This document shows positions 59,134-64,000 of a stretch of DNA of 64,000 bases, piece after piece (within the stretch, counting starts at the first letter, position 1; each line of letters opens with the position of its first letter). The notes beneath the pieces are model-generated. The model searched no databases and was not told the DNA's origin. It was given only the letters and a program-made list of their open reading frames with translations. The position numbers and the translations under genes were made by a program. Source of the stretch: Candidatus Uhrbacteria bacterium. GTDB taxonomy: Bacteria; Patescibacteriota; Patescibacteriia; UBA9934. The DNA is taken from contig CALRHD010000002.1 in NCBI GenBank assembly GCA_943359325.1, positions 4,629 through 68,628 of the forward strand, read 5' to 3'.

Positions 59134-59200
59134 AAGATTTTTCTGCACGGCCGCTTTGTTTTCTGCTATACTTCAGACAATTGCTTTTCATATTTATTTT

Positions 59201-59980
59201 ATGGCAACAAACGGGGGAGGTTTTTGGCCGCGATGGGACGAGCATAAATTATTTTTTGTATTGCTCGCGATATTGATGGTGTATGCAACGGTGCTCGTAT
59301 TTGTACACATTGAGAAGACGATTGTTGAAGTACGTGGCGTGGGGTTTGCCGATCAAACTGCGCCAACGATTTCGGTGACCGGTGAAGGTAAAGCAAGTGC
59401 GGTGCCCGACATTGCAAAAGTCGATATGATCGTGACGAATAAGGCGGCAAACACGTCGGCGGCACAAAGTGTAAACACCACGGTTATGAATGGGCTTATT
59501 GCGGCTATGCGGAATGCGGGGGTTGCGGAGAAGGATTTGAAAACGTCATCGTATAGTGTGTATCCCGTGTACGATTATGACGTGAGTCCTGCAACGATTA
59601 CCGGCTACGAAGCGTCGCAAACATTGAGTGTGACAATCCGCGATACTGAAAAATCGGGTGCAATTTTGGAAGCGGCAGGCAGCAATGGTGCGACGCAGAT
59701 TGGGAGTCTTCGTATGGAGGTTGACGATGAAACTGACGTGAAGAGCGAAGCGCGAAAGGCGGCGATTGCGGATGCACGCGCTGAGGCCGAGAGTATCGCA
59801 GCGGCGATGGATGCACGTCTTGGACGTGTCGTAAGTTATTACGAGTCAGAAGGTGGAAGTATGGGCTTTTATTACGAAGGGGCGATGTTGTCCGATAGCA
59901 TGAAAGTGGGCGCACCCGACATTGCAGAAGGGGAAAACGAAACGAACATTACGGTGACAATGACATACGCCATTCAGTAA
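59201..59980 (+). CDS. SIMPL/DUF541 (BP26/OMP28-like) periplasmic protein with an N-terminal membrane anchor
   Basis: The motifs ISVTGEGKASAVPDIA and SYSVYPVYDY are typical of SIMPL domains. Confidence 0.6.
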   Translation: MATNGGGFWPRWDEHKLFFVLLAILMVYATVLVFVHIEKTIVEVRGVGFADQTAPTISVTGEGKASAVPDIAKVDMIVTNKAANTSAAQSVNTTVMNGLIAAMRNAGVAEKDLKTSSYSVYPVYDYDVSPATITGYEASQTLSVTIRDTEKSGAILEAAGSNGATQIGSLRMEVDDETDVKSEARKAAIADARAEAESIAAAMDARLGRVVSYYESEGGSMGFYYEGAMLSDSMKVGAPDIAEGENETNITVTMTYAIQ

Positions 59981-59988
59981 ATCTGCAA

Positions 59989-60123
59989 CTCTCCCATCAC
60001 AACATACTCCGCTCCTTGTGAAGCCCCGCAGCCGTAGTCCGTACAGCAAGGCCTCGGCTTACGCCGGCCACGGACTGACGGGCGGTGCTACACTGCGTCG
60101 CAAAGTATGTTATGACGGGAGAG
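59989..60123. repeat. GC-rich structured intergenic repeat, copy 3, with terminal inverted repeats CTCTCCCATCACAACATACT / AGTATGTTATGACGGGAGAG
   Basis: Read directly. It lies between the SIMPL gene and eno. Confidence 0.85.
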
Positions 60124-60146
60124 ATCGGAGAAAATTAGAAGGAGTT

Positions 60147-61415
60147 ATGAAAGAACGTATTGACGTTATTCATGCACACGAAATTCTCGATTCGCGTGGA
60201 AACCCCACGTTGAACGTGACGGTGATGCTCAAAAACGGCCTGCGAGGGAGTGCATCGGTGCCGAGTGGAGCGTCGACGGGAGTTCATGAGGCGCTTGAAT
60301 TGCGAGACGGCGACATGTCGCGGTACCGTGGCAAAGGTGTGCGAAAGGCAGTAAAGAATGTAAATGTGACGATTGCAAAAGCGCTGCGTGGCATGGACGT
60401 TTTTGACGTTCGAGCGCTCGACGACGCAATGCGTATTATCGATGGTACGGAGAATAAGCATGTGCTTGGCGCGAACGCCATTCTCGGCGTGTCGCTTGCG
60501 TGCGCACATGCGGGTGCACGGAGGGCGAACACGCCGCTTTACGAACACATTCGCAATGTGTTCGGGTTACGCTACAACGGGTTTACGCTGCCAACGCCGT
60601 TCATGAACGTGTTTAACGGCGGCCTGCATGCCGACACGAATCTCGACATGCAGGAATTTATTATTATTCCCCACGGATTTAAAAAGTATTCTCGAAAAGT
60701 ACAGGCGGGGAGTGAGATTTTTCATGCGCTTGGTGACGTGCTGCACGCTGATGGGCTCGACACGGATGTGGGGAACGAAGGCGGCTACGCACCAAACGTC
60801 GGCAAAACAGAAGTTGCGCTCGAGTATTTGGCAAAGGCGACAAAAAAAGCAAAATATAAACTTGGTGGTGAAATTGGATTCGGCATCGACGTTGCAGCGA
60901 GTGAGTTCTATGACGCCAAAAAGGACAGGTATATTTTACGGACAGACAGACGGAAATTGAATGGGGGAGAGATGATTGATTTGTATGAGCAGTGGCTGAA
61001 GAAATATCCACTCATGTCGGTTGAAGACGGGCTCGACCAAGACGCATGGGTGGACTGGGCGATGCTCACCAAGCGTCTTGGCAAAAAAATGCTGCTCGTC
61101 GGGGATGATCTTTTTGTAACGAATGTAGAACGAGTGAAAATGGGACTTTCGCAAAAAGTTGCGAACGCCGTGCTCATAAAGCCAAACCAGATTGGTACGC
61201 TCTCGGAAACGATCGATACTATTCTGCTTGCGCAGAAGCACAAATATAAAATAGTTATCTCGCACCGTTCAGGAGAAACAAGCGACACAACGATTGCCGA
61301 CCTCGCCGTTGCGGTGAACGCGCAGTACATCAAGTCGGGCGCACCTTCGCGTTCGGAGCGGCTTTCGAAATATAATCGACTGCTTGAAATTGAGGAGGAG
61401 CTAGATGGAATTTGA
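60147..61415 (+). CDS. eno: Enolase
   Basis: The N-terminus is ILDSRGNPT. The C-terminal motif SHRSGETSDTTIADLAV is present. An AAGGAG Shine-Dalgarno sequence lies 5 nt upstream. The track ORF start at 60018 lies inside the repeat. Confidence 0.92.
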   Translation: MKERIDVIHAHEILDSRGNPTLNVTVMLKNGLRGSASVPSGASTGVHEALELRDGDMSRYRGKGVRKAVKNVNVTIAKALRGMDVFDVRALDDAMRIIDGTENKHVLGANAILGVSLACAHAGARRANTPLYEHIRNVFGLRYNGFTLPTPFMNVFNGGLHADTNLDMQEFIIIPHGFKKYSRKVQAGSEIFHALGDVLHADGLDTDVGNEGGYAPNVGKTEVALEYLAKATKKAKYKLGGEIGFGIDVAASEFYDAKKDRYILRTDRRKLNGGEMIDLYEQWLKKYPLMSVEDGLDQDAWVDWAMLTKRLGKKMLLVGDDLFVTNVERVKMGLSQKVANAVLIKPNQIGTLSETIDTILLAQKHKYKIVISHRSGETSDTTIADLAVAVNAQYIKSGAPSRSERLSKYNRLLEIEEELDGI

Positions 61416-61507
61416 CGCCCCCGCAGCCGCAGTCCGTACGGCAAGGCCTCGGCTTACGCCGGCCACGGACTGACGGGCGGTGCCGAACGACGTCGCAAAG
61501 CATGTAG
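61416..61507. repeat. GC-rich structured repeat, copy 4, which is partial: the 5' arm is missing and it abuts the eno stop codon
   Basis: Read directly. The core and 3' arm are present but there is no outer terminal inverted repeat. Confidence 0.8.
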
Positions 61508-61541
61508 TATAGGGATATACACCATGCTAGTCGCTCGATCG

Positions 61542-62765
61542 CTACGCGGCGAGTTCGTGATCGTAATGCCAGCCGCTTGTGCGTTCGAGGAGCATGGTAC
61601 CTGCGGTTGTGGCACGCTGCCAAGCATGTTGGCCGAAGCGTTTTTGTATGGTGTTGAGTGCGCCAAGTACAGAATGCATTTTTTCGGTTTTGCGAAAGAG
61701 TGATGGGGGTACACTATTTTTTTGCAGTGCGCTGACGGTAACGCCGATGAGTCGAACACCGCGTGCATAGTCGATGTTTGGCAGCAAAATACTCCACGCA
61801 CTTTTTGCAATGCCAAGCCCGTCACGCAAGGGTTCCTTGAATAGTTTGTCGCCGCCCATCTGTGAAAAGTCCCCGTAACGAACGAATGCGTTCACGCGAA
61901 AGCCGACAACATAGCCGTGCTGCATTCGTGAGGCGACGCGGTCGGAAAGTGCTAAGAGATTTTTCCATACGTCATGTTTGGTTAGGAGATTGGCAGGAAA
62001 AGTGTACGAATGACCAATAGACTTTGCAGGGGCGTCGACGGCGAGCGGTGTGTTGTCTTTTCCATGTGCGGCATTTGAGAGCCATGCACCATGACTCTTG
62101 AACCGCGCAACGAGTTGTTCTCGTGAAATTGCGCGAAGTGTGGCGACTGACGTTGCACCCATTGTTTCGAGTGCGCGTTCGGTTTGCCTGCCAATGCCAC
62201 AAAACTCTTTGAGCGGCCGCGTGGCAACAAACGCTGCAACATTTTCTGGTAGTACAACGGTGAGGCCATTTGGTTTTACTGATTCGCTCGCAAGTTTTGC
62301 AACAAGTTTGTTTGGCGCAACGCCGATGGACGCCGTGCACGCACTTCCACACGCCGCTTTGAGTTCCGCACGAATCGTCTGCGCCAGAAGTGTCGCGCCG
62401 AAATAATCTTGCGCGCTCTGTGTAACGTCGAGAAAGACTTCGTCGGTGCTGAATTGTTCAAGCTGATCCGCATATTTTGTACAGATAGTAATAAGACGAT
62501 TGGTAATGTCGCTATATTTTTGAGGGTCTCCGGGGAGAATAATGAGTTCGGGGCATATTTTTTTCGCTTCCCATGTGGACATTGCAGTTTTGACACCGCG
62601 CGCTTTTGCTTCTCGTGATGCCGTCGCCACTACAGAGCGCGTCGACCCTCCCAATCCCTTACCCTTTCCACCAACCGCAATTGCTTTCCCGCGTAGAAAC
62701 GGATTCGCCTGCTGCTCGACGCTCGCAAAGTAGCTATTGAAATCGATGTGCATGAGTATGGGCAT
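61542..62765 (-). CDS. dinB: DNA polymerase IV (Y-family), DinB
   Basis: The N-terminus is ILMHIDFNSYFASVE. The Y-family palm, fingers and little-finger layout is present. Confidence 0.88.
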   Translation of the reverse strand: MPILMHIDFNSYFASVEQQANPFLRGKAIAVGGKGKGLGGSTRSVVATASREAKARGVKTAMSTWEAKKICPELIILPGDPQKYSDITNRLITICTKYADQLEQFSTDEVFLDVTQSAQDYFGATLLAQTIRAELKAACGSACTASIGVAPNKLVAKLASESVKPNGLTVVLPENVAAFVATRPLKEFCGIGRQTERALETMGATSVATLRAISREQLVARFKSHGAWLSNAAHGKDNTPLAVDAPAKSIGHSYTFPANLLTKHDVWKNLLALSDRVASRMQHGYVVGFRVNAFVRYGDFSQMGGDKLFKEPLRDGLGIAKSAWSILLPNIDYARGVRLIGVTVSALQKNSVPPSLFRKTEKMHSVLGALNTIQKRFGQHAWQRATTAGTMLLERTSGWHYDHELAA

Positions 62766-62778
62766 ATGGAGAGTGCTT

Positions 62779-63024
62779 TTAATCCGTATAGATCTCCACC
62801 AGTCTCCATTCGAGTGTCTCGGTGTCGAAGCGTAGCTTCATGAAATTAGTTTTGTCGGACACGGAGAAGTAAAAAATGCGTTTTGCACCTTCAAGAGCGC
62901 CGTGCACCAAATTGACGCATTGCAATGGGTACCGACGGTTACTCCACCGTACTTCGCGAGGGCGAATACGGTGGCCAAAGAAATCCACCGTCACCTCGAT
63001 GGGGTCGTTCATGTAGGTATGCAT
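62779..63024 (-). CDS. Small hypothetical protein (81 aa) between lexA and dinB
   Basis: It lies 13 nt upstream of dinB on the same strand, so it is probably co-transcribed. Confidence 0.4.
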   Translation of the reverse strand: MHTYMNDPIEVTVDFFGHRIRPREVRWSNRRYPLQCVNLVHGALEGAKRIFYFSVSDKTNFMKLRFDTETLEWRLVEIYTD

Positions 63025-63205
63025 AAGTGTAAAAAATGTATTTTTATGTATGCAATAGTCCCCTCAATTTTTGCCTCATCATGCGTCGATTGAAGAGCAG
63101 ACGGAACGTCGAACGGAGGTTTTGATTGCGACGCGCAGAAGCAAGAGTGCGATAACCGAGCGTCACATTGTAGTGACGAGCAATGAGTGATGTCATATTT
63201 CGTAG

Positions 63206-63826
63206 TTAAAATTTTCTTATTACTGCGCGGACGATGCCCTGAATGTTTATGTCGCCTTTAATAATGATAGGTTTCATGGTGCTGTTTGCAGGCTGGAGGC
63301 GAATGTGATTTTTTTCGCGGTAGAAACGTTTGAGTGTTGCATAAGCGTTGTCGAGGAGCGCGACAACGATGTCGCCGTTTTTGGGAGAATGTTTGCGTTC
63401 AACGACGACCATGTCGCCGTCAAAGATGCCATCTTCGATCATGGATCTGCCCTTGACTTTAAGTACGTACGAATTCATGGCGTCGACCACATAATTTGCA
63501 GGAACGGCGATGGCTTCGTTTTCTTCGATTGCTTCGATGGGCTCGCCTGCGGTGATGAGTCCTGCAAGCGGGAGCATGATGGCAAGCGGCGACAGCGGTT
63601 CAGTTTCGACGACCTCGATGCTGCGTGCGCTGCCGTTCTCGCCCGTATTGATAATGCCCTTTTCACACAGCGCCTTAATGTGTTGGTGAACCGTTGCGGG
63701 CGAACACAGCCCGAGTTCTTTTGCGATTTCGCGGTACGACGGAGTGTACCCATTTGCGCGAACAAATGTTGCCACGCAGTCGAGCACCTGACGTTGTTTT
63801 TTCGTAAGGGGAGGAAGCGGACTCAT
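63206..63826 (-). CDS. lexA: LexA repressor (S24 peptidase)
   Basis: The N-terminal winged-HTH motif is QRQVLDCVATFVRANGYTPSYREIA. The catalytic Ser is in GRSM and the catalytic Lys is in LKRF. Confidence 0.9.
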   Translation of the reverse strand: MSPLPPLTKKQRQVLDCVATFVRANGYTPSYREIAKELGLCSPATVHQHIKALCEKGIINTGENGSARSIEVVETEPLSPLAIMLPLAGLITAGEPIEAIEENEAIAVPANYVVDAMNSYVLKVKGRSMIEDGIFDGDMVVVERKHSPKNGDIVVALLDNAYATLKRFYREKNHIRLQPANSTMKPIIIKGDINIQGIVRAVIRKF

Positions 63827-63832
63827 ATGTAC

Positions 63833-63874
63833 GTTCGTTATCTGTTCGTATTATCTCGCGAACAAAAACCGAAC
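63833..63874 (+). promoter_or_regulatory. Two LexA-box-like direct-repeat motifs, GTTCgttatctGTTC and GAACaaaaaccGAAC (GTTC-N7-GTTC type), immediately upstream of lexA
   Basis: Read directly. The motif type matches the direct-repeat LexA boxes described for Alphaproteobacteria. Applying it to this organism is inference. Confidence 0.35.
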
Positions 63875-63885
63875 GCAAGAGCAAG

Positions 63886-63923
63886 GTGGGGATAAGTATG
63901 TCCACGACTGAGTCGTGGACATA
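63886..63923 (+). repeat. REP-like element copy 7 (GTGGGGATAAGTATG-GTCCACGAC-TGA-GTCGTGGAC-AT), a perfect palindrome with an inverted loop
   Basis: Read directly. It lies in the lexA upstream region. Confidence 0.85.
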
Positions 63924-64000
63924 CTTGCACAAGAGATTCTTCGTCGCGTAGAGTAGGGGCACAAACATAAAAGCTGTATGCTAAAAATCGTCGAAGCGCC

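Overview
This 64-kb window looks like core chromosome from a small, streamlined bacterium, using the standard genetic code (TGA is a stop). A Patescibacteria/CPR-like lifestyle is my inference from several trimmed proteins (ThrS without the N-terminal domain, a 198-aa EF-Ts, a short PGK), weak Shine-Dalgarno usage and likely leaderless starts. The content is mostly housekeeping. It covers DNA repair and replication (recG, radA, dnaE, gyrB, dinB, lexA) and translation (pheS/pheT, thrS, gatB, prfA-prmC, rpmE, rplY, rpsB-tsf, and secE-nusG-rplK-rplA). It also covers tRNA modification (miaA, queA), glycolysis (gap, pgk, eno) and a thyX-dcd-dhfr-like dTMP module. Cell-envelope genes include ftsW/rodA, an ABC-2 exporter and a DsbA-linked operon for a secreted protein. 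There are no rRNA, tRNA or CRISPR loci that I could recognise. Two dispersed intergenic repeat families that the gene content does not explain stand out. (1) A roughly 35-bp REP-like hairpin element (5' flank GTGGATAAsTwTG plus a 21-nt stem-loop GTCCACGAC-TCA-GTyGyGGAC) occurs seven times, always in the same orientation. Two copies directly flank an IS200/RAYT-type HUH Y1 transposase at 2242..2880. (2) A roughly 134-bp GC-rich, highly structured ERIC/MITE-like element occurs as three full copies and one partial copy. It has a conserved core and 20-bp terminal inverted repeats that differ between copies by compensatory transitions. All copies sit in transcribed intergenic spacers (pheS/pheT, rpmE/prfA, SIMPL/eno, eno/dinB). 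Other points are a Cys-rich secreted M15-like peptidase in a DsbA operon, a well-signalled orphan gene behind a textbook promoter, leaderless-type promoters, a tandem-domain ThyX, and a lexA-orf-dinB SOS cassette with GTTC-N7-GTTC direct repeats. Coordinates derived by hand may be off by 1-2 nt.
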